Under the pieces are notes generated by a model. The model saw only the letters and a list, made by a program, of their open reading frames with translations, was not told where the DNA came from and ran no database searches. This document shows, one piece after another, positions 30,582 to 40,986 of a stretch of 64,000 nt of DNA (positions are counted from its first letter, which is position 1; every line of letters starts with the position of its first letter). The stretch comes from Trypanosoma brucei. Its lineage: Eukaryota. The stretch spans positions 1,600,001 through 1,664,000 of the forward strand of contig CP000071.1 in assembly GCA_000002445.1 (NCBI GenBank), in the 5' to 3' direction. Both the position numbers and the translations under genes were made by a program.

Positions 30582-31772
30582 ATGCCACCGAAAAAACTAT
30601 CCAAGCTACCACTCAATACGAGGATGAAGCGGTCCCGCAGTCGTTCACCATCTGCTACACTTCCTTCAAAGGAAACGAAGGAGACGGACCGAAGCAAAGC
30701 CCAGTCACCTGTCCGCTCCGTGTCACTTCCAGTTGGATCGGGTTCGGCTTCGCCAGTGCGGGGGGACGATCTGAAAAAGACAGAGAAGAGCATTTGGAGT
30801 CAAGTGGAACCTTTTAAGCGTAAGACAGAGGCGAAGGACTTTAAGCCTCGGGAGATGCTGAAGTTTATCACCTGGAATGTTGCCGGATTGCGTGGACTCT
30901 TGAAGAAAGATAGTGAGGCGATTAAGAAGTTGTTGGAGGAGGAACACCCAGATGCACTCTGCTTGCAAGAAACGAAACTGAATGTGGGGGACAAGGGTAA
31001 TGAAGCTCTTGGCGTGGTGCAGGGGTATGACTTTGTGGACCACCCTTGTCATGCAAAGAAAGGATACTCTGGTACACGTACTTACATTAAGAAGGAAGTG
31101 GCGGAAAAGTGGAACGCGGTATTTGTTAAGGGGTTTGGTGGCCCCAATGGGGTTGACGATGACAAACAAGAGAATGGGGATGATGAGGGCCGTGTCCTCA
31201 CAACATATTTTGGCGGCGATCAGGGGTGCGAAAACACCTTTAGGTTGGCCCTTGTCAACACATACGTACCCAATAGTGGTATGGACCTCGCTCGCCTTCC
31301 GTACCGTCACAAGACGTTTGATGTTAAGATGCGGAACTATTTGTGCAAACTGGACGCAGCCGCTATGAAAGTTAACGGCACCTGCAACAATGTCAAGGAT
31401 GCTCAGCCACCTACGGGTGTCATATGGGCTGGAGACCTTAATGTAGCGGAGCGCGATTATGACCGATATTTCGCAGGAACTTTCGCCGCCATGCAGAAGT
31501 GCAGTGGTTTTACTCCAGAAGAGCGCACTTCGTTCCGTGAAACGTTAAGAGCCGTCAACGCGGTGGACACATTCCGGGAGTTGTATCCGCGTGCGGCACC
31601 CGTTTACACCTTCTGGTCTGCGCGAATCAACGGCCGGGCCCGTGGTCTGGGCTGGCGATTGGACTATTTTGTTGTATCTGCTGCACTTGCGGGCCGTGTT
31701 GTGGATTGTTTCACTATGCCCATGATAATGGGCAGTGATCACTGCCCTGTGCAGATGTGGCTCCGTAAGTAA
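30582..31772 (+). CDS. APE1: AP (apurinic/apyrimidinic) endonuclease 1, exonuclease III/APE1 family, with basic N-terminal extension
   Basis: ITWNVAGLRGLL…EEHPDALCLQETKL near the N-terminus of the catalytic domain. …WSARINGRARGLGWRLDYFVVS…MGSDHCPV… at the C-terminus; all are Exo III family hallmarks. The track start at 30579 is GTG and the ATG is at 30582. Confidence 0.88.
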   Translation: MPPKKLSKLPLNTRMKRSRSRSPSATLPSKETKETDRSKAQSPVRSVSLPVGSGSASPVRGDDLKKTEKSIWSQVEPFKRKTEAKDFKPREMLKFITWNVAGLRGLLKKDSEAIKKLLEEEHPDALCLQETKLNVGDKGNEALGVVQGYDFVDHPCHAKKGYSGTRTYIKKEVAEKWNAVFVKGFGGPNGVDDDKQENGDDEGRVLTTYFGGDQGCENTFRLALVNTYVPNSGMDLARLPYRHKTFDVKMRNYLCKLDAAAMKVNGTCNNVKDAQPPTGVIWAGDLNVAERDYDRYFAGTFAAMQKCSGFTPEERTSFRETLRAVNAVDTFRELYPRAAPVYTFWSARINGRARGLGWRLDYFVVSAALAGRVVDCFTMPMIMGSDHCPVQMWLRK

Positions 31773-33125
31773 TTGCAGTGCCGATGGGCGCAGCTGCGGG
31801 TTAAGCAAGGTGAAAATTTTGAGGAAAGGTGTGCACACCCGGCTGTGGTGTGGCACAACGTGAAAGTGAGAGGAGTTATAAATTTATTGATACTTTCCTT
31901 ACGCATGCGTGAGGTGATGGGGTGACAATGATCTTACGTGAGGAAGATGCCGAGGGGAAAGGTGCTATAGCGGCTGTGGCAAAATTCTTTGTGGAGCATC
32001 TCGTTTGTTTTATTAGTTGTTTTTCCGATACATTTTTGCAGACGTTTACGTGGCGGCTGTACCCACAAAGGAGGAAAGAGGTCGTTGTGGTTTCACATGT
32101 GATCGCGCCTGGGTGGGTGCCAGTGTCAGCATTTGCGTCTTTCACCAGTTTCCCTCCATTCACATACAAACGTAAACAAAAGCACAGACACACATTCACC
32201 GCGAATAATCCACTATTCATGCATGATGTCCGGGAGAACTTATCTCCAGGTCAATCTCACAGTGTGATTGTGGAGCCCACGTCTGAACCAAGGCCTGCAA
32301 GGGAGACCATTATTGTTGTAGCCCCACATCGACGGTTATAAGGTCGTCTAAGGAAAGGCAGGTTACGTATTGTTGTGGGAACGATTGTCCCCATATATCT
32401 CTGGCTCATTCGTTCCTCCGGCGCCGATTACCGTGGAAATGTTCGTCAACGAAGGAGTGTCAAATGCTGTTTGTGTTGATGGTATGTGCTCGTGGTGCTG
32501 ATATGTTGTTAGGGGAAGGTGCGCGCGATTATGTTACTACACGACATTTCATTTTATAACCGTGGTTGTACTCCGCTTTGTTGTTGCGGTCTGCAGTGAC
32601 TACATATCGGTTGCTGCATACGCTTTGAGGCGTGTGAGCGAACACATTACGTGGCAGAGGCTCCAAAGAGAAAGAGATAGATGGCGGTTGAGGCTGCCAC
32701 GCGCCGTGCGTATGCATCCGTTGTGCAGCCTCTTTTGTTTGTTTGGGTGGTAGTTTCTGGTGACGACTAGTAACATTTTTTCTTCAAATTCGATTCCTCA
32801 TTATTATTATTATCATTATTATTTTTTTTAGGCCTGTGCTACTGCCGGCTAACACCAGCGCCTCTTCATCTTCCGCCGATTATTATGCCTCACGAAGACA
32901 GTGACATTCCTATTCATGTCCGGTGCAATTTTTTTAAAAATGTTTTTTTTTCATTAATTTTTGAACTTGGGGCACACTTTTTCCACCCGTTTCGGGGTTC
33001 TTTCTGGTGGCGCCCTGCATATACATTTTCTTGGTTGTATAGAAACTAGCGTCTTCTCTTTCTTCTTTTTGCTGTGGCGGATGTTGTGAACGAAACCAAA
33101 ACATATGTGGTGAAAAGGGAGGGGC

Positions 33126-33680
33126 ATGCCGCATATTACTACGCCCTTTTTCGTGACATTGCGCAGTGGTGAGCGCCTCCGACTGAACTCGGGAGATGAC
33201 GGTCGGCTCCCACGTTTTCTCGCCGCTGTGAAAACGCTCGTGTTCACGCGACAGTTGCCTTCCAACGCGACTACTGCTGTTGGTGCAACCCCAACCACTG
33301 CGACTGTATCGGTCATTGCCCATAGCAACGGAGGCGAAGGACATTCCGACTCCTCCAGTTTTACCATCTTCAGCCACACCTTCGACGTGGTTATTGGCGT
33401 AAACTCTGGGAATGGGAAAAAGAGACCGAGGGAAGAGGAACCGAAGGGAGAGAGGGCAGGTGCCGCCTCCCACTCCGTCTCCACAACTGACACTTTTTCC
33501 GTCCGACTGCGCTCACCCGTTTGGCTGACGTCTGGGGACCTGGTTAACGAGTTGGAGGTGAAGAGCATGTTTGGTAAAGGTGCGGATGATGGTGGGATTT
33601 GTGCCGTGACACTCTGCGGTACACAACAGACGATTCTATCAAAACAACAAGTGTCGCTTTTGCGGTCTACCACCGAATGA
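33126..33680 (+). CDS. Hypothetical small protein (184 aa)
   Basis: ATG start on the polycistron strand. Composition is protein-like. It overlaps a 239-aa minus-strand ORF that is less protein-like and runs against the transcription direction. Confidence 0.3.
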   Translation: MPHITTPFFVTLRSGERLRLNSGDDGRLPRFLAAVKTLVFTRQLPSNATTAVGATPTTATVSVIAHSNGGEGHSDSSSFTIFSHTFDVVIGVNSGNGKKRPREEEPKGERAGAASHSVSTTDTFSVRLRSPVWLTSGDLVNELEVKSMFGKGADDGGICAVTLCGTQQTILSKQQVSLLRSTTE

Positions 33681-34071
33681 TGAACGACAACGAACTAAAG
33701 AAAAAAAACTTCTACTGCGTGTAACTAGCAATATCTATTGCGCATATTGCTGGCAAGGGAGAAGCAGTGAAAGCATCTAATGCCTCATACCTCGAGAAGA
33801 ACATAAACCTCAGGTTGAACTTTTGCATTGTTATTGTCATCGACTTTATTTATGGTCTTTGCTCTTCCTCATTTGATCAACATCTTCGTATTTTTGGCTG
33901 CCCCACCCGCTTGTCCGCCGTGCATCAGAAGTACAAGCACCTTGACGTGTAAAAAAAGGAAGTGCACATATACCAGCGGAAAGTTAAACATTTGGTGCGC
34001 TTGATTCGAACGATACCGGATCGCAAAGACCGACTAGGAGTGCGAGTCCTTTTACGTATAGAGACCGTGTG

Positions 34072-35259
34072 ATGATAGATGATGTGGTAACCGATGATGA
34101 TTTCTTACGTCCTGATGCTGTGCTAATGGAGAATTTGCACAAGGCACAACCATGGAAGTCGGCACCGCGGTACTTCCGCAGTGTGCGAGTGTCAGTGCTT
34201 GCCGTGTTGCAAATGCTGAGCCACTCCGATCGAGGGAGGCCAAATGTGGTCCTCTCCGATGGCCAAGCAATTCTCTCGTCACCACAAACTACGACGGATA
34301 CCCAGCGGCGTGAGAATTGGTTTGAGGTGATGGGACTACTCCTTGGCCATTTCCGGGAAAATGAGTTAATCGTGACCTCCACCTTCGCCCTTCCTGTCGA
34401 TGCGTCAGAGGTGGAGTGCTCAATGAACGAAGCCTCGCAGATGTATATGTTGGAATATCTTCAGTACCACCAGCGTACGGGTTTCGGTGTAAAGTGTGGG
34501 TGGAACGCGGAGGAGGAAAAGGAAGTAGACGAGGAAATTGAAGAAGCGGAGTGTTGTGTTGGGTGGTACCACAGTCACCCCGGTTATACGTGCTTCCTTT
34601 CAGGCACCGATGTCGCGACGCAGAGGGTAGGGCAAGCAGCACAGGACCCCTGGTTGGCCATTGTTGTTGACCCCGTGCGAACGATTTCTACAGGAAGGGT
34701 GGACATGCGTGCATTCCGCACTTTTCCGGAGGGAGCTGTCGGGGACGGCACGGAGTCAACCTCAGCGGATTCAACCGGCATTGGGGCCGCACCCAGACAA
34801 TGTGGATTCCACGATCCGCTTGTAAGGGAATATGGAGCACATGGACACTGTTATTACGAACTTCCCATCACACTTGTGCGCAGCACGAACGACGAAAAAC
34901 TTTTGGAGCATATGTTGTCGCGCGACTGGGCAGCGCCCCTACGTGGAAGTCCCTCCTTAGGAAAGCGACACGATGCAGTTCAGCAAATTCAGCAAATAAC
35001 CGCCTTGCTGGAGGGCGTTTCTCCGAGTCATGAAGGGAAGGATGGCAGCGGAAGCAGGACACGTGAGTTGCATCGGCAGCAGAATAACCGGGAAGGTGGC
35101 CGCCGTGGTGCCACTGCAGTGACTGATGCCTCAGTTACGGATGTGGAGCAGTTGTGTCGACTGGCAGAAACATTGGCATTGGAGGCAAAATTAGGGGCCG
35201 TTGTGCAAGGGACGAAAAGGACGCTTTTTGCGCCCCAATACGGTGTCGATCCACTTTGA
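34072..35259 (+). CDS. CSN5: COP9 signalosome subunit 5 (CSN5/Jab1), JAMM/MPN+ metalloprotease
   Basis: JAMM motif HSHPGYTCFLSGTD at 34570..34611. The flanking blocks match CSN5 rather than Rpn11 (…VMGLLLGHFRENELIVTSTFALPV…, …AIVVDPVRTISTGRVDMRAFRTFPEG…, …HCYYELPITLVRSTNDEKLLEHMLSRDW…). The track start at 34069 is GTG and the ATG is at 34072. Confidence 0.85.
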   Translation: MIDDVVTDDDFLRPDAVLMENLHKAQPWKSAPRYFRSVRVSVLAVLQMLSHSDRGRPNVVLSDGQAILSSPQTTTDTQRRENWFEVMGLLLGHFRENELIVTSTFALPVDASEVECSMNEASQMYMLEYLQYHQRTGFGVKCGWNAEEEKEVDEEIEEAECCVGWYHSHPGYTCFLSGTDVATQRVGQAAQDPWLAIVVDPVRTISTGRVDMRAFRTFPEGAVGDGTESTSADSTGIGAAPRQCGFHDPLVREYGAHGHCYYELPITLVRSTNDEKLLEHMLSRDWAAPLRGSPSLGKRHDAVQQIQQITALLEGVSPSHEGKDGSGSRTRELHRQQNNREGGRRGATAVTDASVTDVEQLCRLAETLALEAKLGAVVQGTKRTLFAPQYGVDPL

Positions 35260-35646
35260 AGGCAACTCAATGAGGCGGTTTAGTCCAGTAGTTACGTTTT
35301 ATTACTGCTGTGGTGTTATTATTTTGCATCACGATACGTTTTGATTCCTGTATCGAAGATAAAAAAAGTTTCTTCCCCATTACCATCTCGGTTTTTGATC
35401 CACCCACATTATAGTCGCTGTCGCTGTTTCTATCTTTGCATCTTTCATTTACTTTCTCCCAAACATCTACGTCAAACCAAAGAAACTTTGTGTCGGCGCG
35501 GTTAAACAAGAAAAAAGGAGTGACCGCATTGATTGGTTTTGGTTGCCGAGCAAGTCGGGTGTCGTGTACGCACCATTCGAGAAAGGGTGGTAGTGAGGGC
35601 GCAGAGCGATCCTTCGAGGGGTGTCGACGTGCATATTAAGGAATAA

Positions 35647-36465
35647 ATGATGCGCTTCTTCGTATGGATAAGATGCCTGGGGCTGCCCTCCAGGCAATCG
35701 ATTTACCGCAGCGGCTGCGCACACGCGAGTACATCGGCAATAGCAGAGATGACAGCGAATGGGGTCGCTAATAGTCCCGTGATGCCGTACAAGTCTACAC
35801 ATAAAGGAAAAGGTGTTGGTGATCCCAACCGCAAAGGCTCATCGGTTGTTGGTGCGCCAAGCGGTGGTACCGATCAATGCCAGCAGAATCTCGCAGGCTC
35901 ACGTTCATCCTGTGCTGAAGATGGCAAAGCAGCTCCAAGTAGGCCCCTCTCACCCCTGCAGCGACGGCAACTCATGATGAGGCACAAAGCCGCTTTCACA
36001 CTTACCCCACAGGCGATTCGCCGCGTCAGATATTTACTGTCGCAGTATCAACAAAACAACGAGGGGGAGGGACCCATCCCGGATGGTATTCGCGTTAGCG
36101 TTCGTCGCCGTGGTTGTAGTGGTTACAGTTATACAGTTAACTATAACTATCCAAGCAAAGGTGACGAAACTGGCGCACCCGTGAATTGTAACAGCCAAAA
36201 TAAAAATAAAGACGAGGGGGGATCCTCCGAGGTGAGTTTTATGAGTGCCGTGGGCGGTATGGCGCCAGGCGGTGATGTGGTGGTCGTGCAAAATGGCATC
36301 AAGGTTGTTGTGGATAGCAATGCGCTTTTCTATGTTATCGGGACCGAGATGGACTATGTTGTGCGGAACGTGGAGGAGAAGTTCACATTTAGGAACCCCA
36401 ACCAAAAATATTCATGCGGGTGTGAAGAAAGTTTCATGCCCTTTGACGCTGACGAGCAGCTTTGA
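35647..36465 (+). CDS. IscA/HesB-type iron-sulfur cluster assembly protein (Isa family) with ~110-aa N-terminal extension (probable mitochondrial presequence + linker)
   Basis: C-terminal signature …NPNQKYSCGCEESF (36415..36435). N-terminal core FTLTPQAIRRVRYLL. One upstream conserved Cys. Possibly Isa1, but I cannot distinguish Isa1 from Isa2 from the sequence alone. Confidence 0.8.
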   Translation: MMRFFVWIRCLGLPSRQSIYRSGCAHASTSAIAEMTANGVANSPVMPYKSTHKGKGVGDPNRKGSSVVGAPSGGTDQCQQNLAGSRSSCAEDGKAAPSRPLSPLQRRQLMMRHKAAFTLTPQAIRRVRYLLSQYQQNNEGEGPIPDGIRVSVRRRGCSGYSYTVNYNYPSKGDETGAPVNCNSQNKNKDEGGSSEVSFMSAVGGMAPGGDVVVVQNGIKVVVDSNALFYVIGTEMDYVVRNVEEKFTFRNPNQKYSCGCEESFMPFDADEQL

Positions 36466-37125
36466 GCACAGTGTTACGTGTTACTTTTCTCACCCTCTCC
36501 TTGTTACCGTGTTTTTGCGTGTTGGCCCGCGGTGTGCTGCCGACTGGTTCTTCCATGATGTGCATTGTTTCTTCTTTTCCTCTGGTTGGTGTATCGTCTT
36601 TCTTTTGCGTCTTTGTACCAATTTTCTCATCTCTCCAGTTGAAGTACAATTGCCACAGTGGCTCCCCCCAATGCTCGATTTTTTTTGTTTTATATATTTA
36701 TTTGTCATTCTTTACTTTTCGCTTCACGCGTCATTGTCAACAGCATACTTTTTTGTTCATTCACGGTCATGCAACCTTCTGGTTGTACAAATGTGGCGTC
36801 GTGAATAAGTAAATGTGTTACACCTGCGCCCACTTTGGGTGTACGCGACGGGACTGCAGCACCTGTAGACGGATACAGGTGAGGGAAAGAAGAGGCTATG
36901 AAGTGGAAGAGTTGACGTCCAAGTGTGTTTAAAGAAGCCTCCACACGTACGTTTCATATTACTGCCTATCGCTTTTTCTCTCCATGGACCTCGCTGATAC
37001 TCGTGAAGAGAAGAGCGGAATTATTCATTTCCCTAAGTCATTTTTATTCTTTACCCTTCTTCTTTGTTGAGAATATAGTACTACTAGCAGTGTTGAGAGG
37101 GGCCGTTCACCACGTTTGTTGGTGA

Positions 37126-37605
37126 ATGGTCTTCTTTGTGAGAGTCACAGGGAAGGATTTAAGTGGGAATACACAAAATATTAGACTTTTGTTCCCCTCG
37201 AAGCCGACGTTATATGACCTGACGTGTGCTATTGAACGTTACTTCACGACCGCTGCCGAGAAGGAACAAAAAGAGGAACCGAGTCAAGAGACCCCTTACA
37301 TGCTTGAGTTGTTACTATTACTTGATGAATACAGATCAAGGTGGGTAGAGTTATATAGCAGTGGTCAATTAACCACAGACTGCCTGGTACACGCCTTCAG
37401 CAAACAGACTGTAAAGGCTCTGCGTGGAAAGAAAGGTGTGATGTCGAGGTACGGCAGTAGTACCTCTGGAATAGTGACGTCGGCAACTACTGTTACCCCG
37501 TCTAATGCAGCACCCAGTGCTGCCCAGGGGAATTCTGCCAACATCACGCAAGATGTGGGATTGCATAATAGTACGAGTGTTGTTCACTACAACAATGCAA
37601 TGTAG
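37126..37605 (+). CDS. Hypothetical small protein (159 aa)
   Basis: ATG start on the polycistron strand. Protein-like N-terminal half and Ser/Thr/Ala-rich C-terminus. No recognised domain. Confidence 0.3.
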   Translation: MVFFVRVTGKDLSGNTQNIRLLFPSKPTLYDLTCAIERYFTTAAEKEQKEEPSQETPYMLELLLLLDEYRSRWVELYSSGQLTTDCLVHAFSKQTVKALRGKKGVMSRYGSSTSGIVTSATTVTPSNAAPSAAQGNSANITQDVGLHNSTSVVHYNNAM

Positions 37606-38559
37606 CATCGTCAGGGCTTCCGTACTGTAACTTCACGGTGTGTTAATGGACGGCTTCCGGAAGCACATAAACTACATCAATGATGGAAACGGGAGGGCGC
37701 GTGCGCGCGTTTTGAATACGTGGTAAAGGCTGTGAAACGCTGTTGGCGCCTCCTTCGGTTATTAAGAAGGATCATACTGTACTTGCGTGAGATGGGCCGC
37801 CGGCAATTGGCCCAATGCTCGGTGGTGGAGGTTGCGAGAGAAAAAAAATGAATTAGCCCACGAACTGGTGATATTCTGTCGTTAACACTACCCTTACCTC
37901 TGGAATGGAAAGTGTATTTCCAGAGAAGGATAGAACTTCAGCCACTAATTGGCTGCGTGTTTTACCAAAGCTGCGGTACACATTCATGATGTCCTTTTGG
38001 TACAATTTACTTTTTGAAGTTTTTTTTTTAAAGAAAAAAAACATATCTATTTTTTTTTTTACTGGCTACACTTTTGTTATGCACGAAAGAGAGAATTCAC
38101 GGTCCGGACTACTTAGCCTAAAGCAAGAGGAAGTTCTTTTCCCTTATTGGGCAAGTTAACACGGAGTTCCCTATTTTTGTGTGTGCGTCGGTGCCTGTGT
38201 GGGACCGGTGTTCGCAACCCACAGCGTGTTTGTAGCTTTTGATGGTCCCCGGGACTCAGTTATTCTCACGTTTTGTTGAATGGCATTGCCTTCGTCTGAG
38301 TTTTCGCCTTGTATATTAGTATTGTTTTCTCTGCAACCATCGCCATCGCGCAAGTTTTTTTTTTGTTGTTGTTGTGCGGGGGTAGTCGTGCTTTCTGTGT
38401 GTGTCTTTACTGACACTGCCGCTCAAATGTTTGCTTAATGTTCATGTACAATATCCCCGTGCACACACCCGTAAACGAAGGCGTACGGTGCGATACACAC
38501 ATTATGTTTTGAAGTTCCGTCGAAATTTCCAATTTTGACCTACTTGCCCGCTGCGATGC

Positions 38560-40353
38560 ATGCGCCACTTAATTTCTGCGTTTGCCCTCCTTGCTTATCA
38601 CTGTAATGTTGTGGCCACTCACTTACCAAAGGAATCAGAAGTACGGTGGAAAGGGGTGAATAAACATCGTGTAGAGGTGAAGCGCGCAGAAAAGTGTCGA
38701 ATCAAAAACAATTATATACCTATATATATTATTTTTTCTTTTCGGCATTACATGGCTTTTGCAACCTCCCCAGGACAGAGGCCTCAAAAACAGTACATTA
38801 ACAAGTTTACTGCCTTCTTCTTTCGTGAAGTTGATAGGGGCTTTTCCTCACCTTACGTTGTTTTTTCCACTGGAACTGTCCTCGCACTCGCCGGATGGAA
38901 GTTCTTCAAGCGCCGCGTAGAACCAGAGAGGCAGATAAATGCCGTTTTACGGCAGCCGCGGTCGCGGGTACCGCTTAGTGATGCACATAATGTTTTTTGG
39001 GGTTTCAGAACAAACAGTGGCACCGACAACACCTCCCCTCGTAGTCTTGGAGAGGCAATGTCCGAGGATATGGAAGAGGCATTGAGGCGGCCCAGGCTTC
39101 TGCATAGTGAACCGAGTGAATTACAAGATAGTAGGACGGAGAGCAGTGGCGGAACGCAAGCCAATGTAGCTTGCATGGAACTGCAGGAATACGATCCGCA
39201 GTATGGAGATGACGTAGTGTTTCGAAGCGTACATTACATTTACAGCGAGCGTGATGGAAGTACCTCTCAGGTCGACAACAAGACAGAGGAGGTTGTTGAA
39301 AAAGGGGAGGACTCATCTTATTTGTCTCGCATGCCCGGACATGGTTTGTCCGTTATACATGGCATGGTAAAATGCAAGTTTGTTACTGCACAAAACAACT
39401 GTGTGCCTTACGCCGGTCACCTTGAGAGTGAATACGCTCGCAAGATGATGCTTGCACTTGGACCTGTGCATATCTTGCGGGATATTGCACGAACATCGTT
39501 TCCCATCCGGTTCACCACAGTAAAGGAGACTCCGGTCTCCACATTGGTGTGCGGTTTGCACAGCGGGGAGGCACCGCGGTGGCTAAGCAACGCCTTTCCC
39601 AACTTTCAAATCGACGTGGTGGAGCGCGACGGCGCACTCGTACGCGTTTGTCGCCGCTTCATGGGCCTACAGGAGTCGAGTAATCTGCGCCTGTTTATTG
39701 CGGATCCGGTAGACTTTCTTCGACGCAATGCCCTCGTAGATGTCTCTTCTGGGAAGAGGTACGATCTCATTATGATTGACACCCTTGATGGCGCAGGGCG
39801 ACTAAGCACGCAATACGGACGACTCGAGTTCATCAATAGCGTGCGTAACAGTCTCTCGCCTGCCGGGTGCGTTGTCGCCGCCCTCCCAAACCGTGATGCG
39901 GCGTTTCTTTATCACATGGTACAAAACTGGCGTCTCGCTTTCGCCGGACGCACTGTGCTCCTTGTGCATTGCGTGACGTCACCGCACACAATGCTGATTA
40001 CATTTCAAGATGATGCGGAACGTGGTCGAGCGAATTTTGGGAGTGTGGGTGGCGTTGATGAGTTTAAAGACCTCCTGCGCACGAAGATATCGCATTACGG
40101 TGTGAAGCGGATTCCTTTCGATCTCCCCGCGGAGGTGTCACGCGATAACTTCCGTGTGCTGCACCCCGGTAAGACGTACCAGATGGATGCGTATCTTCCT
40201 AGTGGACACCCACAACTTCGAAGTATCGCGGAAGGTAATTTTGTTTTTGGCGGAGCGTCAAATGGAGGTTCGTGGACTGAGTGGCTTCGGCGGTTGGGCG
40301 GTTCCTGGCTGACACCGACGCAGCGCACTGATTTGAAGTGGATGGAAAAGTGA
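38560..40353 (+). CDS. Class I Rossmann-fold protein with spermidine-synthase/methyltransferase-like domain (motifs degenerate)
   Basis: The middle region shows the spermidine-synthase-fold motif order: TLVCGLHSGEA (motif I, Gly-poor) … IDVVERDGALVRVCRRF … LRLFIADPVDFL … YDLIMIDTLDGAG…EFI. The N-terminal 120 aa contain a hydrophobic stretch. The start could be a later ATG. Confidence 0.5.
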   Translation: MRHLISAFALLAYHCNVVATHLPKESEVRWKGVNKHRVEVKRAEKCRIKNNYIPIYIIFSFRHYMAFATSPGQRPQKQYINKFTAFFFREVDRGFSSPYVVFSTGTVLALAGWKFFKRRVEPERQINAVLRQPRSRVPLSDAHNVFWGFRTNSGTDNTSPRSLGEAMSEDMEEALRRPRLLHSEPSELQDSRTESSGGTQANVACMELQEYDPQYGDDVVFRSVHYIYSERDGSTSQVDNKTEEVVEKGEDSSYLSRMPGHGLSVIHGMVKCKFVTAQNNCVPYAGHLESEYARKMMLALGPVHILRDIARTSFPIRFTTVKETPVSTLVCGLHSGEAPRWLSNAFPNFQIDVVERDGALVRVCRRFMGLQESSNLRLFIADPVDFLRRNALVDVSSGKRYDLIMIDTLDGAGRLSTQYGRLEFINSVRNSLSPAGCVVAALPNRDAAFLYHMVQNWRLAFAGRTVLLVHCVTSPHTMLITFQDDAERGRANFGSVGGVDEFKDLLRTKISHYGVKRIPFDLPAEVSRDNFRVLHPGKTYQMDAYLPSGHPQLRSIAEGNFVFGGASNGGSWTEWLRRLGGSWLTPTQRTDLKWMEK

Positions 40354-40986
40354 CCAGCTTGTTGTTACCCATCAGGTGTTCATTGCTTATTTTGGATCGC
40401 TTTGTCGCTCGTGGAAAAACAGTGATAACACATGGGGAATGGTGTTTTGTTTTTGTACGGAGAAAAGGTCTCTTTAGCGTCGCACGTTTTTTTTTTTCCG
40501 TGACGGTGAATGTGCGCCGAGTGTGGACGACATCGATGAGCCTCGCTGAGCCGCCGTCGTCACGGTCGTAGTAAATGGGGCAATGATTTTGTACCCTGCC
40601 TGTGCACGTTCTTTATCGATCCCTTTGGCACTCTGTCATCACTTCTTTTTCGTCAACCTTAACATTTACGGTGTTTGGATTCTATGTTTGTTGGTGTTAC
40701 CTAGTTTTGCATTGAGGGCCACGTTGTGTCGAAAACGGCAGCCCGAAACCTGGGACTAGAAGTTTGAGGGGCACGAGTGCCCTAATTATTCCTCACTCGG
40801 TGGAGAAAAGCAACGGGGACACGGGGATTTTAGACAAAAAAACAAAGGCAGAAGGAAAAGAATAAGTAACAAAGGTAAAACAAAACAGCGGAGAACGAAT
40901 TTGAAAAATACGCTTAATACAAGCAGAAGGGAGCACTGCACATATTTTAACGTAGGTGACTCAAGGAGCGGCACTGACAACCGAAG

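Noticed and set aside
30281-31310. 170-aa and 195-aa minus-strand ORFs
   Set aside because: Antisense to the APE1 gene and its 5' flank.
32954-33673. 239-aa minus-strand ORF overlapping the 184-aa plus-strand ORF
   Set aside because: It opposes the polycistron's transcription direction and its composition is less protein-like (Pro/Ser/Cys-rich). The plus-strand ORF is preferred, though it is itself weak.
33975-34052. tRNA-like T-loop motif GTTCGAATC on the minus strand (~33997..34005)
   Set aside because: I could not fold a cloverleaf. There is no complementary acceptor or T-stem, and it lies in the 5' flank of CSN5. Chance match.
36245-36812. Two plus-strand ORFs (187 and 116 aa) overlapping the 3' end of and downstream of the IscA gene
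   Set aside because: Cys/Phe/Leu-rich translation of a T-rich 3'UTR. The first overlaps the IscA CDS out of frame.
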